Shown one piece after another: positions 21,621 to 33,700 of a DNA stretch of 55,003 nt. Positions within the stretch are counted from its first letter, which is position 1, and each line of letters opens with the position of its first letter. Under the pieces are notes generated by a model that did not search any database, was not told the origin of the DNA, and saw nothing but the letters and a program-made list of their open reading frames with translations. Position numbers and translations under genes: made by a program. The stretch is from Chrysochromulina tobinii (Eukaryota), in NCBI GenBank assembly GCA_001275005.1, contig JWZX01003342.1, forward strand, positions 1 to 55,003, read 5' to 3'.

Positions 21621-22403
21621 TCAGCGCACCTTGGGCGGTGGGGGGGCAAAGCCGCGCTTGGCCGCGGTGGGCGATTTCGCCTTCTTGTCCGCCATCCGCC
21701 GTTGCTTGCGGTTGGGCGCCGCACCACCGGCCATCTGCTCAGCCATCATGCCCTTCTTGATGTCCTCGGGGCTGTCGCCGCGCGCGAAGCGCACTGCCGC
21801 GGTGCGCATGACGTTGAACTCCATCACGAAGCGGCCGACATCGTCGAGCGTCGCGCCCGAAGCCTCGGCGATCCGCTGCAGCCGCGGCGCCGTCGCACGC
21901 GAGTTGCCCTGCTTTAAGGACATGGCCTCGTCGATAAGAAGCTTGGGGTTCGCGCGCTCAATGCCGTCCATGCAGCCGACATACTCGCCGTAGCGCGTGA
22001 GCTTCTTTTGGCCCTCCTTCACCTGCTCCTCGCTCACCTGCTGGCCGCCGCCAAACGGGCCCTTGGCCAACATCGACTGAAGCCCTGCCGCCTTTTGCAT
22101 CACCTGCACCTGCTTGAGGAAATCGTCAAAGCTCATCTCGCCTTCCTTGAGACGCTTCTCCATCTGCCTAGACTCCTCCTCGGTGAGTCCGCTGTCCGGC
22201 GGCTTCAAGCCCATCTTCTTCTTCAGGTCGTCACCCATTTTGCCAATATCGAATTGCAGCCGCGGCGCCACACAGCGCCGGGCGTCGGCGGCGACGACGA
22301 GGGCGCTGCTGCTGCTGGCGCTTCTGGCCGTGGCGAGCGGTGTCTGCAGTGAGCTGTGAAGCGTGTACGCGCACGTGCTCGCAGCTAGGGCGATCAGCAG
22401 CAT
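21621..22403 (-). CDS. Stand-alone SRP54/Ffh M-domain protein, predicted plastid-targeted
   Basis: Signal peptide MLLIALAASTCA plus Ser/Ala/Arg transit region. M-domain pattern MSFDDFLKQVQVMQK...CMDGIERANPKLL...RLQRIAEASGATLDDVGRFVMEFNVMR. Confidence 0.85.
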   Translation of the reverse strand: MLLIALAASTCAYTLHSSLQTPLATARSASSSSALVVAADARRCVAPRLQFDIGKMGDDLKKKMGLKPPDSGLTEEESRQMEKRLKEGEMSFDDFLKQVQVMQKAAGLQSMLAKGPFGGGQQVSEEQVKEGQKKLTRYGEYVGCMDGIERANPKLLIDEAMSLKQGNSRATAPRLQRIAEASGATLDDVGRFVMEFNVMRTAAVRFARGDSPEDIKKGMMAEQMAGGAAPNRKQRRMADKKAKSPTAAKRGFAPPPPKVR

Positions 22404-23571
22404 CCTCTCGCGTTGGGAGCCTGGACTGCTTCGTCCGACAGAGAGATGGCGAGAACGCGAGATCGAGGCGACTTTTCCGATGTCTATTCGTGCAGTCTAT
22501 TCCATGTTTCCATCACTACCCTTACAAGTACCCTTGAACTGAAACGGAACGAAAGGCCCTGCAGGGACCGTCACGCCCGTGGACGACTTCAACGAGGTCG
22601 AAGGTGACTGTGGTGTATGCCGACTCGCCGGCTTTTACAGCGTCTACATCACCCGATTTGGACGCTCTCGCGGAGCGGGCAGATTGTTTCAAGATTTTGT
22701 TTATGTTTGCGGGTTCAGAGCAACTTACAAAAGAAACATCCCGCGTTGCGCTCTCTATATCCTACGGAGATATCTATATCTTCCTATATCTAAAATCACC
22801 CGTTCGGAAAGACCACCGATAACGTCTCAGGACGGGCAATCAACGTCGGCAAACCTCCGTGCGCGGATCCAAGAGTGCGCTTTCGATGGACGCCGAGGAC
22901 GTGCTGGAAGCAGGTGCAGAACCTGAAGGTCTAGGATCGGCGGAGGGCAGCACCGACGGCGCGCAGTTGGTCAGATACGTGAACCCTGCTCAGTGCGTAC
23001 CCTCCTTCGAACGAAAGATTGCCATTGCGACGAGGGGTTCTGATTCTGTAATAACACCTGACACCGTTCTCGGCGCAACGTGACCGTGCGCTTCACAGGT
23101 ATGCAGCTATCTGCCAGAGGCGGCTAGCTTGTGCTGCGGAACGTGCAGCCGTCAAAGATGTGGCGCCACGTCAAATAACCCGGGTGCGCCTTCGCGGATC
23201 GCCATGTAACTCTGCCGGGCCCCTACTACTTCCATACGTGCATGTCAAACACGTCGTCTCCAATCCCACAGGCCACCTGTGCACCTGATGACTCGTGACA
23301 CTGAGATGCCGTGCAATTTCCTGGCCGTCTTCGCAGTATAAGCATGAATCGCGGCACGTGCTCGCGATGAAGAGGGTGCGCGGCCCAAACGGCCGATTCG
23401 GGAAGGAAATCCATGCTGAGTTCCCGGGCGTTGCTGAATGAATGGCATCATGCTGATGCTGTGGGACTCTGTACGCTCCTGGCGCGCATCCATCGCCCAC
23501 TTCGTAAGCACGCACTGGCCAACATGATGCGCGTCGCGTCAACGCTCACCGTACAACCAACCGCATGAGGA

Positions 23572-23790
23572 CAACCATACAGCTGCGTTCAACACTACCG
23601 TTGCATACGTTGCCAACCATAACTACTACGTTCAATACCGTGGCGTACTAGGCCAACCATTTCTACTACGTTCAATACATTACCGGCGTACTAGGCCAAC
23701 CATTACTATTACGTTCAACTACGTGGCTACTAGGTCAACCATTTCTACTACGTTCAATATTTTACCGTGGCGTACTAGGCCAACCATACA
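23572..23790. repeat. Degenerate 39-45 bp minisatellite (5 units plus a partial)
   Basis: Unit CAACCAT(TTC)TACTACGTTCAATA..CCGTGGCGTACTAGGC, with CAACCAT at about 23572, 23614, 23654, 23697, 23736, 23781. Confidence 0.9.
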
Positions 23791-24446
23791 ATGATAGCAT
23801 ACTTCACTAACATTGACGACCGTTCCATCCTCGTAACACGTATGAGCTTGTGATCTTCACATCAAATGTATACTCATGATTAGAGCATCCAAACGTAAAC
23901 TGACAAACACTGTTTAGTGTGTTAAATTTTATAATACGTTCTCGGACGTAAGCTCACGTTAAGGGATTCGGAATGTTTAGAATGCCGCGGGAGCTCGCCA
24001 TGGCGCGAGCCCCCTAATACGTCAAACTTTCAATCAAGCTTTCAGTGTACAGTGAGCGAGCGCTAAGCGAGCGCCGGTGCAGCGATGCAGCGCGTCGGGG
24101 GGATCGTCGCGACCGCAGCACACACCGCTCCGCTCAAAAGAGAAAAGTCAAACGGCCCTCAATAGCTGTACGACCGTCGACGGTCGACGCTCGCGACCGG
24201 ACTCCACTGGGAGTCTGGGACGGGTTTGCAAGGACGGGTCGTCGGTCGCGCGTAATGAACACAGTCGCGTGCGTAATGAACACGACTTTTTTGGCCGCAT
24301 GTAGATTTGTAGTGGTCCTCTGAAGCCCTAACCCTAATACACTTAAAACCCAACCCCTTAGTTGGTGGAACAGTGCACTTTCTACCCCCCCCCTCGCCCC
24401 GCGCACTGCTTACATGTAATCTTTCACCGCCCTGAGGTAGTAGGCC

Positions 24447-27320
24447 TCAGCGCGCTTTGCTTATGTGCCACTCCTGTACTTCCTGCTCAGAAAGCTGCCG
24501 GAACGGCTCAATTAGCCCTACGTAAGCAAAGTACTCGCTGCCTACCTGAATGAAGGTGCCGGCTTTGAGCTCCTGAGGGACCTTGAACCTGTCGAGCTCG
24601 GCGCGGGTGAACCGGAGCTTTGCACAGAGCCCGGATGCGAGCGCCTTGTTGACGATCTCGCCGCCCGCCGTCGGCTTTTTGCGGCCAACCTTCCTCCATT
24701 TTGAAACGCGAGCCGTCTCCAGCTGCCCACTGCTGCGAGCCTTAAGCACTAATCGGATACGATTGACGGCCAACCGCACGAGCATCTCGATCCTGAGGTC
24801 GACGTGCGGCAGCTTCGGCGGCTCTCCCCACGGCGCGGCGCGCAGCTCGAGGAACTCGGAATGCACCATCTGCCCGGGCGTCATCCGCCCCATGTACTCG
24901 ACAACGTCGACGCTTCCGTCCTCATCGATGTCTTCCAACGTTGGAAGCGCCTTCAAAATCGAGACTCGGATGAGAGCCTCCACAAAGCCCTCAAACGGAA
25001 GCTGGTTCTCCTTGATGGCACCTTTACTGGACGAGCCGTGCACCACGACCATGCGAGACCACGCAAAGGAGCGCGCTGCGTCGTGCGCGCTGACATCCTT
25101 TCCGATGAACTGCATGACGCCAAGGAAGGAGAGCCAGCTGTCAAGCGGCATCGTCGGCTTGCCCTGCGCGACGGCATCGAAGATGCGCCGGAGCGTGGGC
25201 TCGTACCTCTCAAGCACCATGCACATTGACGGCGTGTAGCAGAAGGATCGCCGGACCGCGTCCGGGTCGGGGAACCTGCCCACGCCCAGGCGTAGCAACA
25301 TGTCCACGTGCAGCAGCTTCTCGACCGCCTCGCTCACGTCGTAAATCTTGCCCGTTACGACGTACTTGCGAATGGCTATCGAGATGAGGCGGATCATCAA
25401 ATCAGCGCGGCCGATGGTCCGCTCGCTGGACGCTCGCCGCCATCGAGAAGCCTTCGCTTTGGTGAGTGACGCCTTCGAGACGACGCCTGCCACCATCGCG
25501 GCGTATTTGTTCTTCCTCTCACTTTCGCTCTCCTCGTGGCTCGCGGCCTCCACTTCTGCCGCCGCCAAGTCGGCAAGAAGGGTGGCGACGAGGCGTTCGG
25601 CCAGAGTTGCCTTCTTGCCGCTCGTATCGAGGTCGCGGCTTGCCAGCGCCTCGCGCATCTCGGCCAGCTTCATTACCGCCACCGCATCCACCGCATCCTG
25701 AAGCTCTTCCACCCGTCGGCGAAGCTCCTCCGCCGACGGCGCCCCTGTTGGGACCTCGGACATCTTGTGCTCGATCTCCATGCTCCCCTCGTCGGTGAGC
25801 GGGCCATCATCAACTAGAGTCGCCAGCGCGGTAGCGTTCACCGGGTCCGTCCTTTCTAGCATATCCTCCTTGGTGTGGTCGGATGCGATAAAAACGGGTG
25901 AATGCTTGGAATACCGGGTATGTGCACTCGTGAACTTGCAATCCTTGACGAGTGCGGACCATGAGTCCAACGTCAAGAAGCTAAGATTGCTGTTCAAGAT
26001 CGCGTACGACGTGAAGAGGCTGCAGATGAAGTCGTAGTGCTCCCACAACACCACAGCGACCTCCTCGACTTCGTCGGGGATGCCATCTTCGTCCAAGTCG
26101 ATCGCGCCGTCATCATCGTAGCGCACGACCAGCTTGACGAGACCGAGGCGAATCGCGCGCCTCACATCCTGCTCGAAGCGCATTAACTTGACTTCCGAAG
26201 TATCGTATAAACTCTGGCCGTCGGACCAAGCAATGCGCGGCGTCCAGAACGAGTTGTCGGGATCGAAGATGGCCTCCTTGGCAACGCCTCGTCTCGCGAG
26301 GAAAGATTGGCGGTGCTCTGGCGCCAACGGAGGTGCCTCCAGCCGATCAGGCAAAAAGTAGCGGACTCGGAACACTTCCTCGAGTGCGTCTCGGAATGCA
26401 GCCTCTGTGGGCTCGAAGCCCGGATGCCGCTCCATGTCGCGGTGCACGTTTACCATGCGGAGGCTCGCACTATGATATCGCCGGTCCCAGACTTCTGCCG
26501 CCTTTGCCGTCGTGGTACTCGTTGGGCCCACGCTCAGTTTCTTCAATTGCACAAAATTTTGCTGAACGGCTCCTTGTGAGTTCAGTCGATCTTGTAGGCC
26601 CTTCCAGGTGGAATCCCAGGCGATCGACATGGCCAGGCACGCCTTGCGCTCGTCGTCGCCCATGGCCATAAACGCCTTTTGCTCGTCTTCGCTCATCGAG
26701 AGGAATACCTCGCGCTCCTCTTCGCTCATAGCTTCGTACGCAAGTTCAGAGGCCTCCGTTGTCCAAGGGAACCCCGAGGCCTGCACGAAGCGCCTGTGAC
26801 GCGGGGATGGAGTTGAGGCCGGTTGGGTTGGCTCGAGGCTGGGTCGTGGCGCATTGGTCTGGTTGTGCCGACTGCGGGCGTCCGACCGAGGGACGGCAAC
26901 CATCATGCCGGATCCTATTGCAAGTGATTTCGGGATGGAGGGTGGAGCTGCTGCATTTGAAACTAGGTGCCTTGTGGGCACTGAGGTGGCAGGACGAGCT
27001 GAGAGGCTTCCCGATGGCAGGTCGTCGCCATATTTTTGTTCCTCGCTGGCGTATCTCGCTGACAAGCTCCCCGATGTTGTCGGTACTGGTGCTGATTTGA
27101 GCGGTGGCACTCGCGTGGGAAGCGGCACGGTGGATGGCCGACTCAGCTGAACTATGGCCACGTCCTCTCTGGAACGCGTGGAAGTGATGCGTGATGATCG
27201 CAGACTCACGTTCTCTCGCCGGCCAGTTGCACCAGAGGCACCAGATCCACCAGAACCTTTCATTTTCGTCGCTGAGAGGAGGCTGAGAGTCCCGAACACG
27301 CCCCCATCGTCAACAATCAT
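24447..27320 (-). CDS. Large hypothetical protein with a SAP motif and EF-hand-like helical regions
   Basis: 957-aa intronless ORF. SAP-like MKLAEMREALASRDLDTSGKKATLAERL; acidic loop DDDGAIDLDEDGIPDEV. Confidence 0.75.
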   Translation of the reverse strand: MIVDDGGVFGTLSLLSATKMKGSGGSGASGATGRRENVSLRSSRITSTRSREDVAIVQLSRPSTVPLPTRVPPLKSAPVPTTSGSLSARYASEEQKYGDDLPSGSLSARPATSVPTRHLVSNAAAPPSIPKSLAIGSGMMVAVPRSDARSRHNQTNAPRPSLEPTQPASTPSPRHRRFVQASGFPWTTEASELAYEAMSEEEREVFLSMSEDEQKAFMAMGDDERKACLAMSIAWDSTWKGLQDRLNSQGAVQQNFVQLKKLSVGPTSTTTAKAAEVWDRRYHSASLRMVNVHRDMERHPGFEPTEAAFRDALEEVFRVRYFLPDRLEAPPLAPEHRQSFLARRGVAKEAIFDPDNSFWTPRIAWSDGQSLYDTSEVKLMRFEQDVRRAIRLGLVKLVVRYDDDGAIDLDEDGIPDEVEEVAVVLWEHYDFICSLFTSYAILNSNLSFLTLDSWSALVKDCKFTSAHTRYSKHSPVFIASDHTKEDMLERTDPVNATALATLVDDGPLTDEGSMEIEHKMSEVPTGAPSAEELRRRVEELQDAVDAVAVMKLAEMREALASRDLDTSGKKATLAERLVATLLADLAAAEVEAASHEESESERKNKYAAMVAGVVSKASLTKAKASRWRRASSERTIGRADLMIRLISIAIRKYVVTGKIYDVSEAVEKLLHVDMLLRLGVGRFPDPDAVRRSFCYTPSMCMVLERYEPTLRRIFDAVAQGKPTMPLDSWLSFLGVMQFIGKDVSAHDAARSFAWSRMVVVHGSSSKGAIKENQLPFEGFVEALIRVSILKALPTLEDIDEDGSVDVVEYMGRMTPGQMVHSEFLELRAAPWGEPPKLPHVDLRIEMLVRLAVNRIRLVLKARSSGQLETARVSKWRKVGRKKPTAGGEIVNKALASGLCAKLRFTRAELDRFKVPQELKAGTFIQVGSEYFAYVGLIEPFRQLSEQEVQEWHISKAR

Positions 27321-27878
27321 GTTGCCGGACCAAGACGCGGCTTCTCAGGTGACAAGTGGATGCGCTCAATTGTGCTCGAGCGAGTGTCGAGCCGAACGTC
27401 CGCGCGTGGGGCTGGAGCCACCCCGCTTGAACAGTTTGCGGAATTGTCGACACTGTGAAACCAACCCTTCCGCGTTGCGTCGGTTTTTTCGTTCGTTTCA
27501 GGGCCCTCTCAGCCGCAGACACACAGCCACTATAGGGTTGCGTCGCATCGGTGGGACTTGCGGGGGGCGACGAAACACCTGTACAAGTAGCTCCTCTTCC
27601 ACGACGGCGACTGGTGACGCGCGGAAGTTGGATGTGTCATGTGAAAAATCACAAACAGATGCGGGTGCACAACTTCGCTTGTACATGTCATTAACCCACT
27701 CCCCCCCGCCCGGGGGCGGAACTGGGAAGCAGCGCTCCTCGCGCTCGCCGCGCGTCTCTGGCGTCTTGCATCGCTGGGATTATGGCGCACCATCTGGGCA
27801 TGGCCTTCGGCCTTCCTTCGGGAGAACCTTCGCCAGGCCCCAAGGGATACTTCCCCACAGCGATCCTTTCCCCCCGGT

Positions 27879-30427
27879 CTAAAACTCGCTGGTCATGCTG
27901 CGGGGCCTCGCTGGGGCAGGGCGAGAGCGCGCGATGGGTGGCGGGCGCGTCATGCGCTGGCTGCTCGACCTCGAGCCGCCACCTGCGCGCCGAAAGCTGC
28001 CCGGCCGCTCCTCGACCCCATCGTCCTCGGGCTCATCTTCACTCGAAGACGGCAGAATCCCCGAGGGTCGTCGAGAGGAGACGAGCCGAACGCCGGGTGG
28101 GGTGCCGTCGCCGTCGGCCGAATCGCCTTCCCCTTCCCCTTCCCCTTCCCGAATCCCCCTCCCGAATCCCCCTCCCCTTCCCGAATCGCCATCCCCTTCC
28201 CCTTCCCGCTCTCGGCTGTCGGGCGGCGTGATCGGGCTACTTCCCAGATATCCCAGATTTCGCGCCGTCGTCCCGGCGGCACATCGCGACACCAGAGGAC
28301 TCGCACGCGCAGGCGGCTCAGCGAGGGCTTCACACCCGAGCTTCACACGTTCAGCGAGGGCTTCGACAGCTGTGCCGCCGCCCTCGCCGCCCATCTGCGC
28401 CGTGGACGAGGAGCGCTGAGGGCGCTCAGGGGATGCCGAGGCGTCCGTGCTTCTGGAGGTCGGGGAGAGGTCAGTAGGGGTAGGTGTGCCTCCTACCGGT
28501 AAGGTGCCTCCAGCGTCGCTGCCGAGGAGGAACGACTCATCCAAGCTGGCGGCCCGTGAGCGTCTCTGAAGCCATATGTGCGACAAGGCTTCCACGGCAC
28601 TGAGCCGACAGCGAGGATCCACCTGCAGCAGCTGCGAGATGAACTTGCGCGCCGTCGCGCTCACATCATCGCGCTCAGGGTACGTGAAGACGCCCGAGGA
28701 GCTGCGCGCCAGCAGCGCCATCCGGCGCTGGATGAGGGGCGACTCGGCGCTCAGAACGACGCTCGGCGACGAAGGTTTGAGGAGAGGATGCAAAGGGATG
28801 TCGAGCGCGATCTGTGGGGAAATCTGTGGGGAGATCGACGACGACGCGCCGTGGTCCGCAGGCAGCAGCTCGCGATCTCGCACCTCGAGATTGCGCAGGC
28901 CGGCCGGCCTCCGGCTATGGAGACCGTTCGAGGACGGCGTACCACTCGTCGGCGGGACGGCGATGGGCTGGGAGGCGGTCCTTACGCGAAGGCCGGCCTC
29001 CTGTTGTGGGAAGATGACCTCAGACTCGAGCGTCAGGCTCCTAAGGACGGCCTCGCCGGCCTCGCTCTGACGAACCTCGCCGGCCTCGCTCTGACGAACC
29101 TCGCCGGCCTCGCTCTGACGAACCTCGCCGGCCTCGCTCTGACAAACCTCGCCGGCCTCGCTCTGACGAACCTCGCCGGCCTCGCTCTGACAAACCTCGC
29201 CGGCCTTGGAGTCGCTCGTCGGAAGCCGTCGGGCCGCTGGATCTTCCGAGTCGGAGTCGCTCGAGAGAAGCATGCCGATCCGCCGACGGTGTTCGATTGC
29301 TCGACGGCGTATCTCCGATGGGGGCTCACGCGTCGTATCGAGCAGATCCTCGGCCTCGGGCGCGCGCTGAAGCGCTGTCGAGAAGACAGCGGACGACGAG
29401 CGCATGGGGTTCGGAGCCTCCCCTGCCTCCCCTACCGTCTCCCCTACCTGCCCTGCCTGCCCTGCCTGCCCTACCTGCCCTACCTGCCCTACCCTCCCTA
29501 CCTGCCCCACCTGCCCTCCCTGCCCTGCCTGCTCGTAACCACTCGAGGCGAACTTGGGCGAACTCGGCGTGTCTGAGAAGGGCGCTTGCCCATACAGGCT
29601 CATGAAGGTAATCACGCCTAATGACCACATATCGACGGCGCAATTGTACCCGGTATGCTTGAGCACCTGATGACGGATGCAATCAGGGTGGCACGCGGAG
29701 AGGAAATCAGGGAGCAATCAGGTAGGCAATCAGATACGTCATCAGATGCATCTGAGGCCATCAGAGATTGTACCTCTGGTGCGACGAAGCCGGGCGTGCC
29801 GCACGGCGAGCTGGCAAAGCGATGCGTCCACAGCCCATCCGTCGAGCCGCCGCCACCTGTCGGCGGTGAGTCCGGGCCGGTGTTGAACGCCTTCGCGAAT
29901 CCAAAGTCGACTAACTTAGCGACGCCGTCTGCGTCGAAGAGGATGTTCTCCGGTTTGAGGTCGCGGTGGACGATTCCCAGGTCGTGCACGGCCTTGAGGC
30001 CACTGGCAATCTGCCGTACGGTGGTTCGGCATTCCGACTCAGGCAGTCTGCCCCGCTTCTGCAGCAGGTCGAGCAGCGAGCCACCTGAGAGGAGCTCTAG
30101 CACGATGAAGCACTCCGTGTCCGTGTCGAAAATTTCGAGCATGCGCACGAGGTTGGGATGCTGCTGCATGCGATTGATTCGATGGAGAATGGCAATCTCC
30201 TTGGCGATGCGCTTCTCGCGTGCTGCATCCACCTTGGCCATCACCTTGACAGCCACGCGGTTCCGCCCGTGTGATCCACCTTCGTGCGCAAGCGCGAGCC
30301 GCACCTCGGCAAATTGGCCACGGCCGAGCCGGTGCTGCATGAGATCGTACCGGTCATGAATCGAAGAATTGGCGTGCGACTGCTGAGCCTCCTCGATCGA
30401 CGCATTTCCGACTCCGTCTAACACCAT
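27879..30427 (-). CDS. CAMK-group Ser/Thr kinase with a large insert in the C-lobe; intron 29667-29773
   Basis: LGRGQFAEV, VAVKVM, HRDLKPENIL, DFGFA, CGTPGFVAPE|VL, VDMWSLGV. Subdomain XI (VSATARKFISQLLQVDPRCRLSAVEALSHIW) lies far downstream. Confidence 0.88.
29051..29206 (-). repeat. 24-bp coding tandem repeat (SEAGEV[R/C]Q, about 6.5 copies)
   Basis: cctcgccggcctcgctctgac(g/a)aa repeated at 24-bp period. Confidence 0.95.
29420..29531 (-). repeat. 9-bp tandem repeat (GQ[V/A])n
   Basis: cctgccct(g/a) units in series. Confidence 0.9.
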
Positions 30428-30721
30428 CCTTGTGCGAACACGCCTGATCGACAAAACTAAAAATAATTTGAAGCGCATCCGCAATCTCTTAAATCTCTAA
30501 ATCTACCCCCCCAAATCTACCGAAGGAACCGAGAACTCCGTCAGCGCGCTGCGCCGGCGCGCCGCACGCGCCGCGCGCTGTATGCGCGCTGGCCGTGTCC
30601 GCCGTGCCGGGCAGCCGTCGCATCGCGGGCTCTTCAACTCAAGTGGCTGCGCCAAAAGTGCAGCGCGCCGCCCCAGGACGCTGCTTGCGCTCGCTCGCCA
30701 GCGCTGGCGTCGTCGCGCACT

Positions 30722-33700
30722 ATGGGTAAGGGCAAGAAGTCGGACGTGCAGTTCGTGCTGCCCGAGCCGGAGCCGCAGGTGAACGAGGCGGAAGTGCTCA
30801 ATGACATCGAGGATGAGCCACCCTACACCTCGATAGAGCACAGCATGGCGAGCGGCGAAGGGTACTAATACAGCCCAGCGCGTGTCCGCTCTGCCGCTCC
30901 TCGGTGGGTATACATAGACGCTCACGCGCGCCCCGAACGCGCGCCCACACGCTCGCAGCCTCTACACGGCCATGTCGAAGCACAAGGCCAGCTTTGAGAT
31001 CACGGCTTATGACAGCAAGGGAGTCCGCAGGCCGTACGGCGGCGACAAGTTCGCAGTGTGCGTGCGCGGTGCCTCATACGTGTATGCCAAGGTGGCCGAC
31101 AACAACGACGGCAGCTATTCGGTCGAGTACAAGCCGTCGACGAGCGGTGCCTACAGCATCGCGATCACGCTCGCCGGCCGCTCGATGCCGGGCAGTCCAT
31201 TTTCACTCACCGTGCTCGTGCCGCGCGCCGACGCGAGCAAATGCACGCTGAACGGCGATGCGTTAAAGAAGATCATTGCACGCGCTTCGTCGACCTTCAC
31301 CGTTGAATTTTGTGACGCCTTCTCGCAGATTACCAACGCAGAGGAGCTCGACGTGTACGTCGAGCCACGGCCGGAGCCGAAAGTGGTCGATGACACCAAG
31401 ATGCCCGCTGTGCTCGTCTGGGCTGTCGTGGTCGCTCCGAAGCCGCTCTACGTTCGCGAGACGCAGGATTTGGAGTCGAAGCGCATCGGCGAGGTTGCGC
31501 CCGGCACGCTGGTCGGCGTCGTCGAGACGCTCGATGCTGGCGACGGCTCGCGCCGCGCACGCATCATCTTCAACAGGGGTTCAGGTCGCACGGGCGGCGC
31601 GGCTGGCGACACGAGCGAAACGCCGTCGGCAGCGCCAAATGGCACGCCAGCCGTCACGCCGAGGACTCCGGGAACGACTCCGCGCATCCAGCCGGACACG
31701 CATCTCGCGCGCAGCATCAGCCCGGGGCGCAGCCACCCCTTGGCGGCCCCCGCCCGTGGCAGCAGCCCACGCCGTGGCGGCAGCCCGCGCCGCAGCCAAA
31801 GCCCTCGCTCGGCGGGCGTTCCGAAGCTAAGCAGTCCATTCGGCCGCACGGCGGCCAACCGCATGGGCGCAGATGTTCCTACCGGCGCGATGACAGATCG
31901 GACACAGAGTGCGCCCCTGGCGAACAGCTTCATGCCCGGCGCCCTAACCGCCCGCGAGCAGGGCGAGGTTGGCTGGGTCACTGCAGCCAAGGACGGCAAG
32001 GAGACACTCGCTCTGCGGCATGTGAAGCTCGATGCTAGCCGGCGCCAGGAGCAGATGCAGCGGTGGTCGAAGCAGATGACCGCCGAAGCGAATCGGAAGG
32101 CTGCAGAGGCACGCGCGCTGACAGGCAGCTATGAGCAGCAACGTGCCGCCCGAGCCGGCCCAAGCTGCACGCATGAGCTGGCCTCAGACGTCACTGGCAT
32201 CGCTTTTGCCTACGGCGGCGTCGACCCTGGAACGCTTCATGCGCACGGCCGGCTGATCAAGACGCACACTGTGTCATATTCGGTTGGCAAGGCTGGGCAG
32301 TACTTGCTCTACGTAGGATTACGCAACCAGAGGATGGCGTTGCCCGGCTCGCCGTTCGAGCTCAGCGTCGAGCCAGGGATAGCCCATCCTATTGCAACCA
32401 AGCTAGACCGGGCGTTGCTGCCGCTCAATGGTGTCGTCGGCGACATCGGCTCGGTGCGTTTCGTAACTTGCGATCGGATGGGCAACCGGTGCATCGAGGG
32501 CGGAGCGACAGTGAATGTGGATGCCAAAACGGACATGCTCAAGACGTCGTACGTCGACAATAAAGACGGCACCTATAACATACAGTGGATCGGCGAGGTG
32601 AGCGGCACGTATGCAATCCACATCACCATCGACGGGCTGCACGTTACCGGGTCACCCACGGAGCTCAAGCTGCTGCCGGCCAAGCCCGAGGTTCGCATGT
32701 GCGAGGTGAGCGGCGGCGGCCTGAAGGCGGCGGTCGCCGGCACTCCGGTCATCGTGAATGTGCGCTGCAAGGATCGTTTCTCCAACCCGACGCTGCCCGG
32801 TTCGTCGCTCTCGTTCGGCCTCGCGATCGCGCTGCCGGCGGCCGCGCCCGAGAAGGACGAGAAGAGCAAGAAGAGCAAGGAGAAGGAGGACAAGAAGAGC
32901 AAGGAGGAGAACACGGGCGCCGACGGCGAGAAGGCGAAGAAAGGTGATAAGTCGACAGAGTCCTCAAATTGCGAGAAGTCGGGCGAGGCCTTTCATGGCG
33001 AGTCGATGTACTTTGAGGGTAATTGGAGGGCAGAGGGCGAGTACGATATCAAATACATCGCCGAGAAAGCGGGCGACTTTGAGCTGCACCTCTGGTGCGA
33101 TACGGACGGTGACGGGAAGCGCGAGAAGCTTCCGGGTTCGCCCTTCATGTTGCACGTGGTCGCGGCCAAGCCGAGCGCTTCGGGCTCCCGGATCATTGGT
33201 GCCGACTTGGTCCTGGACCCCCCCTCGGGGAGCACTATGGGCACGGCGCTCACGGCGGGCAACCGTCTCGAGCTGGGCATCCAGCTTCGCGATCCTTACA
33301 GCAATCCCTGCGCTGCACCGGAGCGCACACGCGGCGGCACGCACGCCGTCACTGAGGGCAAGAACGAAGTCGACGAGGAGGCGGCCAGCAGCCCCACGCG
33401 CCGGGGCAGCACGAGCCCGCCGCGCAGAGGCTCCTCTGGCCGCCTCAAATCAGGGGAACTAGGCGGTAAGGACAAGGGGGGCGCCTCGACAACGGAAGGC
33501 ACGTCCTACGAGGAGGGCGTCACGGCGAAACTCGTGTGTCAACCCGCCTCGGGCCCGTACGAAGAGCTGTCGCTCACCGACAAGCTCAAGCCGGGCGATC
33601 AAATCGGCACCTTCACCCTGGGATACGAGTTGCACGTGGCGGGGCAGTACAAGGCGCACCTGATGCTCAACGGGCAGGAGATCAACGGCTCGCCCGTGCG

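Noticed and set aside
22579..23542. Short ORFs in the long intergenic region
   Set aside because: No recognisable motifs, non-ATG starts and no host-like codon bias.
23572..23790. CRISPR-like array
   Set aside because: Units are contiguous degenerate copies with only a few variable bases, no unique spacers, no cas genes, and the context is eukaryotic.
24326..24337. Telomere
   Set aside because: Only two CCCTAA units, internal to the contig.
29667..29773. Exon duplication at the CAMK intron
   Set aside because: It has GATTGC-type words and a related CATCAG end, but no flanking duplication beyond AG|GT, so it is not counted as a clear case.
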